The notes beneath the pieces are model-generated. The model saw only the letters and a program-made list of their open reading frames with translations, did no database searches and was not told where the DNA came from. From contig JBHGNT010000016.1 in NCBI GenBank assembly GCA_043228905.1, positions 3,968,001 through 4,032,000 on the forward strand: 64,000 nucleotides of DNA, in the 5' to 3' direction. This document shows positions 62,385 to 64,000 of this stretch, one piece after another. This DNA is from Azolla caroliniana. Its lineage: Eukaryota; Plantae; Polypodiophyta. Position 1 is the first letter of the stretch. Each line of letters starts with the position of its first letter. A program made the translations under genes and the position numbers.

Positions 62385-63758
62385 TTAAGGGGTAGGGTTA
62401 AGGTGGCTGAACGTAAGTTGTAATCCAAATTGTGGCTGCAATGTGACCACGAGAGATGGGGCGTGCCGGTACGATGGCGACACATGGAAGCTAAAGCTCC
62501 TTAGAATGGTGGCCATCACCGTCTTCGCCTCCAACATTGCGAAGCCCTGGCCGATACATACCCTGGGGCCGGTGGAGAAAGGGAGGAATGCCCCGGCCAC
62601 CCGGCATGCCTTCGCGACCCCTCCCTCGAACCGATCCGGCCGGAACTCGTCCGCGTCCGGTCCCCAGTACTCGGCCTCGTGATGCCACATGAGCACCGGC
62701 AAGAATAGATTTGTCCCCGCTGGTATCACCACATCCCCCATCCCATCATCACCTCCTAGCCTCATCTCATTCTCCGCCGTCCGCAACATCAGTATGATTG
62801 GCGGGTACAGCCTCAACGTCTCGTTTAGCACCATAGTCAACTACCATTTTTACACACAATATTGGTTAACTATATATAGCTCAATTAGGTCATGAAAATT
62901 ACCCAAATACCACATAAACCATTAAAGTAAAAGCCCTTCTTTATATGTCAGAATTCTATAATATTTAACACACTTACAATCTTCATTTGGTTCACAGCCT
63001 CGATCGTTGGCACAATGTCCCCACTTCTGCCGCATAACGCGACTACCTCGTCCCGAGCTCGATCTTGCCATTCCGTATGTGTCCCGAGCAGAAGACATGC
63101 CCATGTGAGCAGGGTGGATGTCGTCTCGTGGCCAGCGAAGAAGAAAGTCTTGCATTCTCCAATGATTTCAGGGATACCCATTCTGGATAGGTTCTTCTGG
63201 TTGCTCTTCATCTCCCCTTGGTTAGATGCCATCATGAGCCCAAGTAAGTCGGTGCCATATGAATCAGCTCCATGGCCCATCTTGGCTGCCGACCGTAAGC
63301 GGTCTTCAATGAGCTTCCTGAGGGTTCGGTTAATGTTGCGATTCAGCTTCCAACGAGCACGGTTGAATGCATTCGGAATAAATCTGCATCCATTTTTTGT
63401 ATGCATGCATTTAGACAAATCAAGCAAGATGTTAGAAAAAACAAAAAAACATGAAATGGAGAGGCATATGTTGATCTTTAAATTCCAAAAGAACAACATA
63501 TAGGTATGTAACATTCTACCTCATCCCTGGGATGTAGACAGTGGTAAATGTTTTGTTCATCATGACTTGTTGTTGGCGTTGCATTTCGAAGACCTGCTTG
63601 CCCTCCAGATAGCTGCTCCCGAAAGCCGTGCGAGCTATGATGTCCGCAGTTAGGTTTTGGAACTCAGTGTGGACATCTATATCATGGCCTTGGGCTATCT
63701 GCTCCTTCCATTGCTCCATCATTGTGGTTGTACATGATGCAATTGTTGGTATCATGAC
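62385..63758 (-). CDS. Second CYP72-clan cytochrome P450 (exons 3-5; 5' exons beyond the window)
   Basis: Exons 63520-63758, 62978-63383, 62385-62840; exons 3 and 4 same length and phase as in the 36458-38728 gene; AGHETT, ETLR, PDRF, FSTGPRVCIG intact. Confidence 0.93.
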
Positions 63759-63772
63759 CTAGTGTCCAATAT

Positions 63773-63803
<31 letters not shown>

Positions 63804-64000
63804 ATGATCTTTGTTATCTTCCAAAATGCATTCAGAACTTGCATCTACCAAATGATAAGTCAATCAAATCCCACACAAGCCAGCTATAATCTATGATAAG
63901 TCAATCAAATCCAATCGAAGCCATCTATAATCTATCTTTATTACCGGTGTCCGAAGTAACAACGAATAATCCCTTTCCGTTTCCACATTCACATGCTATC

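Overview
Repeat-dense eukaryotic (land-plant; repeat types suggest a fern or other non-seed plant, inference only) genomic window. Four host genes, all on the minus strand: an RMA/RNF5-type RING E3 ligase, a 7-exon Rab7/RabG3 GTPase, and two tandem CYP72-clan cytochrome P450 paralogues (the second is cut by the window end). The rest is mostly nested transposons. These include Ty1/copia elements (one three-deep nest between the P450s), L1-type and RTE-like LINEs and a non-autonomous hAT. There is also an intact Ty3/gypsy element with a tRNA-Trp PBS, a 4-bp TSD and a candidate -1 frameshift pseudoknot between protease and RT. An unclassified 3.8-kb TIR element (5-bp TSD) is built as a foldback around three tRNA-like units and perfect palindromes. 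Most notable: that TIR element, the gypsy recoding signal, and a copia-in-copia composite whose inner element looks older than its host. All coordinates were read by eye and may be off by a few bases.
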